Position numbers and translations under genes: made by a program. From Thermoproteota archaeon (GTDB lineage: Archaea; Korarchaeota; Korarchaeia; Korarchaeales; Korarchaeaceae): a DNA stretch of 13,952 nt. The DNA lies in NCBI GenBank assembly GCA_027491415.1, contig JAOZFH010000051.1, positions 1 to 13,952 on the forward strand. The letters are read 5' to 3'. Below are positions 6,429 through 13,850 of this stretch, one piece after another. The first letter of the stretch is position 1, and every line of letters starts with the position of its first letter. Below the pieces are notes generated by a model. The model had not been told where the DNA came from. It ran no database searches and worked only from the letters and a program-made list of their open reading frames with translations.

Positions 6429-8504
6429 ATGAGGCGCGCCTGGGCGGCCCTCGCGGCGCTCGTGCTGGCCGCCGCCCCCTTGCCCGCTCCTGCTCAGACC
6501 AGTCCAGCCACCCCATGCGGCATTCACGAGATCCCCTCCGGGGTCGGGCTCTGGTTTAGCCTGTCATCTGGCCCAGCGACCCCGCCCTTCTCCTCGAGCT
6601 ATCCACATCAGCTGGCCTACCCGCTTGGTGACCCAACAGAGCCGGACTACCTCCTGGTCCCTAGGGACCTAAGGATCGAGGAGAGGGAGGTGTCCACGTG
6701 CCCCGCGTGCCAAGGTCTCGGCGGGGTGACCTGCAAACATCCGATCGTCATCTACAGCGTGGCGTCCAAACTGGGCTCACTCCCCGCCGACACTCATGCG
6801 GCAACCTTGGACGGAGTGACTTGGATAGAAGCCTACAATGACGCCGACACCCCCACAGTGACCTACGAGGAGGTCGTGGTGAGGTACGGGGACTCCAACT
6901 TTTACAGAGGAGGGACAACCGCCGACGCCGAGGTCAACGCCACGGACATCTACTCCGGGGTGGATGTGGAGTACTCCCTCAACAGGCCTGGCTTCTTCCT
7001 GGCCTTCGCCCCCACCGGGTCAGTGACCACGACGACCCTGAGGGAAGGAGACAAGTACTTCGTCCAGTTCCTGGGCTACTGGTTGGAGCTCAGAAACGTC
7101 ACGGACACGGGCGCCCAGTTCGTGATCTTGGATCAATCCCTCTCCCCGGTGACCATCCTCAACCTAGAGTACTCCTCTCAGCCGGACGGCACCGTCAACA
7201 AGCTCTTCATCTACTACGACGACCTCGGGGGGAACAGGCTCTCGTCCCCCGTCCGGTTCGGCGGCCAGCAGGTGCCAATGATATTCTTCCTGCACGTCTA
7301 CAGAGTGGACACGGATCACGACTACCTTGAGGTCCTCCTCAGCAGCCCGTGGATAGACGTCCAGGCGTTCGAGAGGGTCGACCTCGACGGAGACGGCTAC
7401 CCGGACGTGACCGACCTTGAGGAGAGCTGGCCCTCAGAGTCTCAGCCCTCCGGGTTCGACTGGTGGATTCAGTATACCTCCGAGGGCCCCTACTTCGTCG
7501 GCTACGCGATCCTAGACGGCGTCAGGAGGGGGCCCTTCGCCGTCAGGGCCGCGACTTGGGAGCCCCTCGGAAGGATCCACGGGGTCACCTCGTACACCTG
7601 GGTATACGGGGATCCCGTCGAGGTCCACGACCCGGTGTGGTACGTGGTGTTCGAGAACGGCACCTGGGGGGTCGGGGAGGAGAGGGAGTATGGAGGAGAT
7701 GTCTATGCGCTCACCGCCATCGAAGTGGTGTCCGTCTCTCCGAGCGAAACCTGCTGCGGAATGAACTGCACGAGCTGGGGAAGGTTCGGCATCTACAGGC
7801 TGGTGGAAGGGTTTTGCGTGCCCGTGGGAGGGTGCGAACTGCAGACCTCCGTCGGATACCTGGCCATCTCCTCGACCTACTCGCCGAGGACCCTAGAGGT
7901 CAAGAGCTGGTCGCCCGGCACCCACGTCGCGGTGAGGTACTGTGGGTGCACCTACCGCTCCCAGGAGGGGGCCCCGCCCTCGACGACCCCGCCGCCGACT
8001 CCCCCGCCTCCCCCGTTCAGGTACGTTCTCTCCCCCTCTCCGGCGGACATGGAGGCGGCCCTCGCGCTGGCCAGCTCGAGGGGCGCCTCGATAACGTCGC
8101 AGGTGCCAGCCGACGGCGACTACGTGATCCTCGGGGGCCCGTTCGCCCACGAGCTCGGGGCCGAGGCAGCCAGCAGGGCGAGGGTGCTCTTCTACAGGGA
8201 GGACGGGTACCTCGTCATGAGGGTTGCCACCATAGACCAGACGTGGAGGGTGAACGGGTCAGACTGGGGCGTGCGGGACTACGCCGTGGCCTTCTCCTAC
8301 GTGGACGAGGCGGGCAACAGGGTCTACGCCGCGATGGGCCTTACGAGGTACGGGACCAGGGCGGCAGCCATCTGGCTGGACTCCCACTGCGGCTGGCTCA
8401 CTGGTGGGTACGGATCCGTGATAGAGTGGAGGGACTACGACGGGGACGGGGAGGTGGAGTCCTCGGAGGTGAGGCAGGTGGCCAGGTTCCCCGTGTCAGG
8501 GTGA
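6429..8504 (+). CDS. Secreted S-layer-related protein (691 aa) with a Pro-rich linker, an S-layer C-terminal-like domain and DxDxDG Ca-binding loops
   Basis: Signal peptide MRRAWAALAALVLAAAPLPAPA. A PPSTTPPPTPPPPP linker precedes YVILGGPFAH...DYAV...AMGLTRYGTRAAA, resembling archaeal S_layer_C-type domains. Loops DLDGDGYPD (7380) and DYDGDGEVESSE (8433). Several N-x-S/T sequons. Confidence 0.7.
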   Translation: MRRAWAALAALVLAAAPLPAPAQTSPATPCGIHEIPSGVGLWFSLSSGPATPPFSSSYPHQLAYPLGDPTEPDYLLVPRDLRIEEREVSTCPACQGLGGVTCKHPIVIYSVASKLGSLPADTHAATLDGVTWIEAYNDADTPTVTYEEVVVRYGDSNFYRGGTTADAEVNATDIYSGVDVEYSLNRPGFFLAFAPTGSVTTTTLREGDKYFVQFLGYWLELRNVTDTGAQFVILDQSLSPVTILNLEYSSQPDGTVNKLFIYYDDLGGNRLSSPVRFGGQQVPMIFFLHVYRVDTDHDYLEVLLSSPWIDVQAFERVDLDGDGYPDVTDLEESWPSESQPSGFDWWIQYTSEGPYFVGYAILDGVRRGPFAVRAATWEPLGRIHGVTSYTWVYGDPVEVHDPVWYVVFENGTWGVGEEREYGGDVYALTAIEVVSVSPSETCCGMNCTSWGRFGIYRLVEGFCVPVGGCELQTSVGYLAISSTYSPRTLEVKSWSPGTHVAVRYCGCTYRSQEGAPPSTTPPPTPPPPPFRYVLSPSPADMEAALALASSRGASITSQVPADGDYVILGGPFAHELGAEAASRARVLFYREDGYLVMRVATIDQTWRVNGSDWGVRDYAVAFSYVDEAGNRVYAAMGLTRYGTRAAAIWLDSHCGWLTGGYGSVIEWRDYDGDGEVESSEVRQVARFPVSG

Positions 8505-8590
8505 GTATGCCCCGGAGGAGGCGCCGGTCGATCTGGTGCGACGATCCTCGCACCTGACCCGCTCCACTTTTTATCGCCCAGGCGGGAGTA

Positions 8591-9868
8591 GTGAGTGTGC
8601 CCCGGAGAGCCGCTATCGCCGCCCTTACCCTCCCGCTGATCCTCCTCCCACAGGCGACGCCGTCGCTCGCGTGTCCCCCCACGGGAGGATACGTGGGATC
8701 GATCTTCTCGGGGACGGTCGACGCCGAGCAGGCGATGGAGGTCCTCAGAGAAGCCGGGGTAAGAGCCAGCATCGTGAACGTGACCTTCCCCTACCTTGGC
8801 GGCGTCCTGAAGCTGAGGGCCGTAGAATTCGTGATGGGGCGTTGGCCAGACGGCAGGCCCCTCAGGGCCTACATCATCCCCGGCCGGCGGGTGACGCTCG
8901 TCCTCTCCGAGACCTCGGCGAGCCTCGACGCAGGGTGGCTCAGGCTGGCCACCTCAATCCTGGCCTCCGTCGGAGTCCTGGATCCCTCAACCTCGGTGGC
9001 TGGGCCCCTCGCGTCGCCCAACAACGAGTCGCCTCCAGAGGCCGTCGTGAGGTGGGCTGAGCTTGAGATGAGCATAGAGCTCGGAGAGAAGATCCTCGTA
9101 TGGAAGTGCGGCGGACCATTAGGCGTGGCCCCCACACTCCCGTCACTGTGGGGCGGCGTCGCGGCCGTCGTGGCTAACGAGATAGATGCCAACATAAGCT
9201 ACCCGCTCCTCAGGAGCGCCCTCGAGGGCGCCGGCCTCAACACGGTCCTACTTCCTCCGGAGAGGGCCGCAGAGGCGCTTCTCAGGTACCCGATCGTTAT
9301 ATTCCTCGGCGGTCACCTAGCCCCGGGCACCGGCCCCGCCGTGTGGCCCTTCGTGGACCCGACCGCGGCCCAGGAGCTCGCGACTGGGGAAACACCAAGG
9401 CTGGTCCAAGTGGAGTCGGTCAGCGGCGTTACCATCGTCGTCCTGGCCGGCGCGGATCGCTGGGAGACCAGGGGGGCGGTGGAGGAGTTCATCTCGCAGG
9501 GGTGGCCAGAGAGGCTCGCGACCGCCCTGGCGTGTCCCGGCGGGGTCTGCGTGAGGATAGTCTCGAGTTCGGGGAGCTGCGCGGTCGGCGAGGGGATCGG
9601 CGTCGCGGCCTCCGTTGAGGGGGAGTACGCGTTCGTCACGTACCGGGAGGGCGGGCCGAACCCATGCGCGTTCCACGTGATCTCCTCAGTCTCGGTCTCC
9701 GCGTCGAGCAGGACCGTGGAGGTCACCCTGGCGCTTGAGAGGAAACCGGTCATCTGCATTCAGTGCGTCGGTGTCATAACGACGACGCTTCAGATCGGCC
9801 CGTTGGAGCCCGGCGAGTGGACGATCGTAGTCAACGGGAGGCCCGTCTCAGTGGTTATTCAGAGTTAA
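8591..9868 (+). CDS. Secreted cell-envelope protein (425 aa) with a cell-wall-binding-2/S-layer-like alpha/beta domain and a C-terminal Cys-containing beta-rich domain
   Basis: Signal peptide RRAAIAALTLPLILLPQATPSLA. IVIFLGGHLAP and VLAGADRWET resemble the CWB2 GxDRYET signature. C-terminus GPNPC...CIQCV...GPLEPGEWTIVVNG. GTG start at 8591 or 8597, with TTTTTAT at 8568-8574 upstream. Confidence 0.65.
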   Translation: MSVPRRAAIAALTLPLILLPQATPSLACPPTGGYVGSIFSGTVDAEQAMEVLREAGVRASIVNVTFPYLGGVLKLRAVEFVMGRWPDGRPLRAYIIPGRRVTLVLSETSASLDAGWLRLATSILASVGVLDPSTSVAGPLASPNNESPPEAVVRWAELEMSIELGEKILVWKCGGPLGVAPTLPSLWGGVAAVVANEIDANISYPLLRSALEGAGLNTVLLPPERAAEALLRYPIVIFLGGHLAPGTGPAVWPFVDPTAAQELATGETPRLVQVESVSGVTIVVLAGADRWETRGAVEEFISQGWPERLATALACPGGVCVRIVSSSGSCAVGEGIGVAASVEGEYAFVTYREGGPNPCAFHVISSVSVSASSRTVEVTLALERKPVICIQCVGVITTTLQIGPLEPGEWTIVVNGRPVSVVIQS

Positions 9869-9926
9869 CCTACCGGAGGGATTCAAAGACCGAAATGGCG
9901 GTCGGGTAAGCCGGGAGAGGCGGCAC

Positions 9927-10280
9927 TCACACCTCTCCCGACTCATAGAACCTCAAGACGGCGTCGATGAACCCCTTCATGGCCCTGAGCTCCGCCAGCC
10001 TCGCCGACAGAACCTGCCAACCGGCCGGCGTGAGCTGATACACCCTCTTGCTCCTCGGGTCGCCGGGAACCAGCGCCGAGACGACCAACCCGGACGCCTC
10101 GAGGCGCCGAAGGGTCACGTAGATGAAGCCTTCGGGGAGGGGGGAGCCCGTGAGTTCTTCGATCCTCCTCTTGATCTCGTATCCATGGGTGTGCCCTTTA
10201 GAGATCATCAGGAGCACCAGGGTCGGGTACAGGCCGTAGAGGCCCGCACCCCGGGCCCCCCACCTCCACCTCCTTCCCAT
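9927..10280 (-). CDS. PadR-family winged-helix transcriptional regulator
   Basis: VLLMISKGHTHGYEI...EGFIYVTLRRLEASGLV...KRVYQLTPAG is the PadR signature. Confidence 0.92.
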   Translation of the reverse strand: MGRRWRWGARGAGLYGLYPTLVLLMISKGHTHGYEIKRRIEELTGSPLPEGFIYVTLRRLEASGLVVSALVPGDPRSKRVYQLTPAGWQVLSARLAELRAMKGFIDAVLRFYESGEV

Positions 10281-10304
10281 CTCAGGCCCCTCCCCTGGGC
10301 GAAC

Positions 10305-10350
10305 TATAAATAGTCACAATATGGATAGTGATGTTACCTATAGGGGGTGA
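10305..10350. promoter_or_regulatory. Divergent promoter: TATAAATA (10305-10312), operator-like TGTTACCTAT (10332-10341), SD GGGGTGA
   Basis: The TATA is 25 nt from the PadR ATG at 10280 and also reads TATAAA on the + strand. The 10-mer is the exact reverse complement of ATAGGTAACA at 10684-10693. Confidence 0.6.
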
Positions 10351-10355
10351 CGCCC

Positions 10356-10649
10356 ATGTCTTGGTGGTACCCGACCTCCGGCTCTGCATACCTGTGGCCT
10401 TGGTGGTTCTGGTGGTGGGGCTGGGGGAGGGGCAGAGGTAGGGGCTGGTGCTGGTGGTTCTTCTGGCTCCCGCTGCTGACCCAGCACTGGCCTCAGTACA
10501 TCCCACCCGTTCCGTGGCTCTGGCCGTTTCCGTGGGTGCCTCCCGCCGGGTACTCTACAAGAGAAGCTCTGGAGAGGGAGCGCGACTACCTAAAGAGGCA
10601 GCTGGAGGAGGTGGAGAGGCGGCTCAGGGAGCTGGAGGGCGAGTCCTGA
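10356..10649 (+). CDS. Small Trp-rich DUF5320-like protein with a C-terminal coiled coil (97 aa)
   Basis: ATG at 10356, 5 nt after the SD GGGGTGA. Contains GWGRGRGRGWC, 17 Trp in the first 60 aa, and ends ALERERDYLKRQLEEVERRLRELEGES. Confidence 0.75.
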   Translation: MSWWYPTSGSAYLWPWWFWWWGWGRGRGRGWCWWFFWLPLLTQHWPQYIPPVPWLWPFPWVPPAGYSTREALERERDYLKRQLEEVERRLRELEGES

Positions 10650-10669
10650 GCCCTCCCCCGGCCGCAACA

Positions 10670-10711
10670 TTTTTACACCACCAATAGGTAACAATGTTAC
10701 ACTTGAGGTGA
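10670..10711 (+). promoter_or_regulatory. Promoter with TATA-like TTTTTA (10670-10675), palindrome GTAACA-A-TGTTAC (10688-10700) and SD GAGGTGA
   Basis: A perfect 6-1-6 inverted repeat lies between the TATA box and the SD, over the expected transcription start. Confidence 0.65.
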
Positions 10712-10716
10712 TGCCC

Positions 10717-11202
10717 ATGGGGTGGTTCGGCTGGGGTGGGTACGGCTACGGCAGGGGTAGGAGAGGTAGGGGAAGGGGGGGTTGGGGGTTCGGGGCCGGA
10801 TTCGGATGTGGCAGAGGATGGGGAGGACCCGGCTGGGGCCGTGGGTGGAGTTGGGGCGGCCCGGGCTGGGGAGCGATGCTCGGCTGGCCCCTGATAAGCT
10901 CCGCCGCGTCTAGGGGCTACTACTACGTCGGCCCCTGCAGGAGCGGGCTGGGCCCCTTCGCGTTCTACATTACCCCGGACGGCAGGCTGGTCCACGCGTG
11001 GCAGGTCTACGGCACTGGCGTGGCAGGCCTCCCGGCGGTGCCCCCCTTCCCGTTTCCTGGGATCCTCCCAGCTACCCCGACCTCGCCGTCCTCAGCGCCG
11101 CTCCCGACTGACATGGACTCCCTGCTGAGGGAGAGAGACTACCTGAGGAGGCAGCTGGAGGAGATCGACAGGCGGCTCAGGGAGCTCGAGGGGGGCGTCT
11201 GA
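10717..11202 (+). CDS. DUF5320-like Gly/Arg/Trp-rich protein with a Pro-rich linker and C-terminal coiled coil (161 aa)
   Basis: ATG at 10717 in the context GAGGTGATGCCCATG, which parallels GGGGTGACGCCCATG of the previous gene. Contains GRGRRGRGRGGWGFGAGFGCGRGW and YYVGPCRSGLGP, and ends LLRERDYLRRQLEEIDRRLRELEGGV. Confidence 0.75.
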   Translation: MGWFGWGGYGYGRGRRGRGRGGWGFGAGFGCGRGWGGPGWGRGWSWGGPGWGAMLGWPLISSAASRGYYYVGPCRSGLGPFAFYITPDGRLVHAWQVYGTGVAGLPAVPPFPFPGILPATPTSPSSAPLPTDMDSLLRERDYLRRQLEEIDRRLRELEGGV

Positions 11203-11203
11203 G

Positions 11204-11776
11204 TTGAGGGTGGCGGTCGCCGCGGAGGGTCCCGAGGGGCTGGACGCCATAGTGTCCTACACGTTTGGGAGGGCCCCCTACTTCGTGCTGGTAGAGGTGG
11301 TCGAGGGCCGGATCTCCGGGGCGACGTCCCACTCCAACCCATATGCCGACGCGCCGAGCGCGGCCGGGCCCTCAGCCGCTCAGCTCGTCGCCAGCCTCGG
11401 AGCTCAGGTGGCCATAGCGGGGGACTTCGGAATCAACGCCGTTCAGGCCCTGATGGGCCTCGGGATACGGCCGGTCCCTGGGTACGCCGGGATGAGGGTC
11501 AGGGACGCGGTCGAGGCCTACCTGCAGGGGGGGCCAAGGGTAGCGCCGCCTCCGGTCAGGCCGCCCCCGCCGGAGCCGACGACCTTCCCCCTCGGCGTTC
11601 CCGCCCCGCTGCCTCAGCCGCTTCCGCCGATCCCTCCACCGCCAGCCCCCCTCCCAACTGGGGCGGTCTCTAGGGAGGAAGAGATTCGCCTCTTGAAGGA
11701 GCAGAAGCGCTGGATAGAGGAGCGCCTGAGGCAGATAGAGGAGAGGCTCCGCGAGCTGGGGCTAGAGGGCGATTAG
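11204..11776 (+). CDS. NifB/NifX-family (dinitrogenase FeMo-cofactor-like, MTH1175-type) protein fused to a Pro-rich linker and coiled coil
   Basis: MRVAVAAEG...FGRAPYFVLVEV...NPY...AGPSAAQLV...AIAGDFGINA...GI is the family pattern. TTG start 1 nt after the upstream stop. Ends EEIRLLKEQKRWIEERLRQIEERLRELG. Confidence 0.88.
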   Translation: MRVAVAAEGPEGLDAIVSYTFGRAPYFVLVEVVEGRISGATSHSNPYADAPSAAGPSAAQLVASLGAQVAIAGDFGINAVQALMGLGIRPVPGYAGMRVRDAVEAYLQGGPRVAPPPVRPPPPEPTTFPLGVPAPLPQPLPPIPPPPAPLPTGAVSREEEIRLLKEQKRWIEERLRQIEERLRELGLEGD

Positions 11777-11846
11777 CAGGACCAATGGACAGAGGCCTTT
11801 ACCCCCCGGCGGCCCCGTCCCCCACCCCCCGGGGTCTCCTCTACCC

Positions 11847-12536
11847 TCAACCGCCCTCCAGCCTTATCACATTACCGTAGATGACCCTGAACCCAAGCTC
11901 CTCCGCCCTCTCCAAGGCATCGTCATCCACGTTGACGGCCACCAAGTAAACGCGATCCACCTTCCTGTTCAGTATCCTCTCCAATATGGGGACCTTGTCG
12001 GCGAGTCTCTCCACGTGGTCCAGCTCGGCGCTGGACTTTACCTCTACAACGTAGAGCCTTTGGTCCTCGATCAGGATGTCAACGTCGATTACGGATCCTG
12101 GCCTGCCCGTGTACTCCCCGTCTGCATCCCTGTACCTGAACTTTCTGACCCTCCCCGGCTCTATCCCCTCCCTCTCCAGAACCTCCCTGAATATCTCCAG
12201 CGTGGTCCTCTCCAGGTCCCTGCCCCACCTCCTGCCCATGCTCCCAATGGTGACCTCCACCCTCATGTCGAGTCTCTGGAAGTCCTCCCTCAGCCTCCTG
12301 AGCTCCTCAAGTATCTCGTTGAACTTCCTGTCGTGCTCCTCCAGCCTGCGCGAGTGCTCCGCCTGCCCCTCCCTCAGCCTCCTGAGCTCCTCAAGTATCT
12401 CGTTGAACTTCCTGTCGTGCTCCTCCATCTTCTTCAGCAGATCTCCGTATCCGATGAGTCCGGCCACCGCGTGCCTGAACTCCCTGTCACGCTCCAGCAG
12501 ATTCAGCAACCTCTCTTTGAGTTCAGCCTCGCTCAT
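11847..12536 (-). CDS. Archaeal heptad-repeat coiled-coil protein with a C-terminal PD-(D/E)XK nuclease-like domain (DUF3782-like, 229 aa)
   Basis: LLERDREFRHAVAGLIG N-terminus, duplicated EEHDRKFNEILEELRRLRE, MGRRWG, and IDVDILI...VVEVKS catalytic-type motif. Start reassigned to the ATG at 12536 behind GGAGGAGG. Confidence 0.82.
   Translation of the reverse strand: MSEAELKERLLNLLERDREFRHAVAGLIGYGDLLKKMEEHDRKFNEILEELRRLREGQAEHSRRLEEHDRKFNEILEELRRLREDFQRLDMRVEVTIGSMGRRWGRDLERTTLEIFREVLEREGIEPGRVRKFRYRDADGEYTGRPGSVIDVDILIEDQRLYVVEVKSSAELDHVERLADKVPILERILNRKVDRVYLVAVNVDDDALERAEELGFRVIYGNVIRLEGG
12284..12427. repeat. Perfect 60-bp direct repeat, two copies (12284-12343 and 12368-12427), 84-nt period
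   Basis: cctccctcagcctcctgagctcctcaagtatctcgttgaacttcctgtcgtgctcctcca occurs twice. The period is 28 codons, or 4 heptads. Confidence 0.95.
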
Positions 12537-12768
12537 TTCCGGCTGTCCTCCTCCTTCAAGCGATTTGTAGTTCCCTGACTGAAAAAGTTGCCCTCCGGAG
12601 CGTCTCCTCACCTGACGCTGTGTCGGCGCTGACAGGGCTCATCCACTCCGCTCCGCCACTCCGCGATCGGCGAATCTCTCCCCTCTCAGGCGGCGGCCAA
12701 TTGGGCAGAAGCCGCGCGCCGCGGAGCGGACTGCTGGCCCGGTCGGCGGCCATGAAATCGGCTAATAG

Positions 12769-12775
12769 TTAATAA
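12769..12775 (+). promoter_or_regulatory. TATA box (TTAATAA) of the vapBC operon
   Basis: About 25 nt upstream of the ATG at 12800, within an AT-rich island. Confidence 0.6.
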
Positions 12776-12799
12776 TCAATGAATCGTGGATGACGCCTG

Positions 12800-13003
12800 A
12801 TGAGCACCACCATACCGGTGAGCAGGAGGACCAAGAGGGAGCTGGAGAAGCTGAAGGGACCCAGGAGCTGGGACGAGTTCCTCCTGGACCTGGTGTCGGA
12901 GTACAGGAGGAGCAGGATGGAGGCCGCCAGGAGGGAGCTCAACGAACTCCTCGAACTCGAGTACGAGGACGTGAGGGTCAGGAGATGGACGAGGGAGTCC
13001 TGA
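12800..13003 (+). CDS. vapB: VapB-type antitoxin (ribbon-helix-helix-like, 67 aa)
   Basis: MSTTIPVSRRTKRELEKLKGPRSWDEFLLDLV is a typical archaeal antitoxin N-terminus. The gene overlaps the downstream PIN gene by 19 nt. Confidence 0.82.
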   Translation: MSTTIPVSRRTKRELEKLKGPRSWDEFLLDLVSEYRRSRMEAARRELNELLELEYEDVRVRRWTRES

Positions 13004-13347
13004 TAGACACGGACGTCCTCATAGACTTCGTGAGGGGCAGGGCAGAGCTCCCAAGGGCCAAGGTGCACTACATCTCGGAGATCACCCTCTACGAGTTCGT
13101 CAGGGGGACCAGGGACCTGAGGAGGGCCAAGGCCCTACTGGAAGAGACCTTCTCGGTGCTGTGGGTCGACAACGACGTGATCCTCACGGCCTCCAGGCTC
13201 TGGAGGGGACTGAGGGAGAGGGGAGAGCCCGTGGAGGACAGGGACCTGGTGATCGCGGCAACGGCGATTTCAAGGGGGATACCGCTCAAGACAAACGATA
13301 GGAGGCACTTCGAGAGGCTCGTTGCCGAGGGGCTCAGGCTGATCTGA
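12985..13347 (+). CDS. vapC: VapC PIN-domain ribonuclease toxin (120 aa)
   Basis: VLIDTDVLID...SEITLYE...DLVIAATA...TNDRRHF supplies the PIN acidic residues. Start at the ATG at 12985; the extension to 12790 is the off-frame reading of the antitoxin gene. Confidence 0.92.
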   Translation: MDEGVLIDTDVLIDFVRGRAELPRAKVHYISEITLYEFVRGTRDLRRAKALLEETFSVLWVDNDVILTASRLWRGLRERGEPVEDRDLVIAATAISRGIPLKTNDRRHFERLVAEGLRLI

Positions 13348-13379
13348 GCAACGGTCGGGTGTGAGCTGAGGTTTCGGTG

Positions 13380-13850
13380 GTGAGCCTGAGGAATGTCTGG
13401 TCCATCCTCGGCCTAAACTCCAGGGGCCTGAAGGTCGTTGACTTCGGGGCTGGAGAGTCCACCGGGCGCCTTCCACTTCACCCTCCACGAGGTCGACCCC
13501 ACCAGGCACAGCGAGTCCCTCACGATCACCCGTGAGATAGCCCAGGGGGTACCGATAGTCGAGTCCTCTCCCGAGGGCTGCCTGGCCTTTCGCCGGTTCT
13601 ACGAGCTCTGGCGGGAGGCCATGGAAAGCGTGGGGCGGTTCGAGGAGTACAGGTCACTGGAGTATTGGGTGGACCTGGTCGAGGCCGCAGGGCTCGAGGT
13701 TGAGTTTGCCGAGAGGGTGGCCCAGGACTTCCTATGGAGGAGGATAGACGTTCCCGAAGGACTGATCAGAGACATGCTTGAGTTCCCGGAGTACGCGGAG
13801 GCCGCGGGAGGGATGAGGTGGTCCGACCTGCTGGTAGTGCCTGGCCGAGA
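13380..13850 (+). pseudogene. Degraded class I SAM-dependent methyltransferase
   Basis: GTG at 13380 (GAGGT upstream) gives SLRNVWSILGLNSRGLKVVDFGAGEST (motif I), and that frame stops at 13533-13535. A +1 frame from about 13468 gives AFHFTLHEVDP...IVESSPEG...YWVDLVEAAGLEV...GMRWSDLLVV, methyltransferase-like C-terminal motifs. The segment expected between them is missing. The 3' end is approximate because that frame stays open to the window end. Confidence 0.65.

Noticed and set aside
7463-8557. 364-aa overlapping ORF within the S-layer-like gene
   Set aside because: An Arg/Gly-rich frame shadow of a GC3-biased gene.
10356-11202. Trp-rich small proteins as substrates of the rSAM enzyme
   Set aside because: They lie more than 8 kb away in a separate PadR-linked unit, and the coupled Cys-tail gene is a far better candidate.
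11204-11776. Evidence for nitrogen fixation
   Set aside because: Stand-alone NifB/NifX-like domains are widespread in non-diazotrophs; this one has no Cys, and no nif genes are present.
12284-12427. Direct repeat as a CRISPR array
   Set aside because: Only two 60-bp copies, in frame inside a CDS, and no cas genes.
12647-12730. 10-bp inverted repeat TCCGCTCCGC / GCGGAGCGGA as MITE ends
   Set aside because: Short and GC-rich, with no target-site duplication or second copy seen; compatible with chance.
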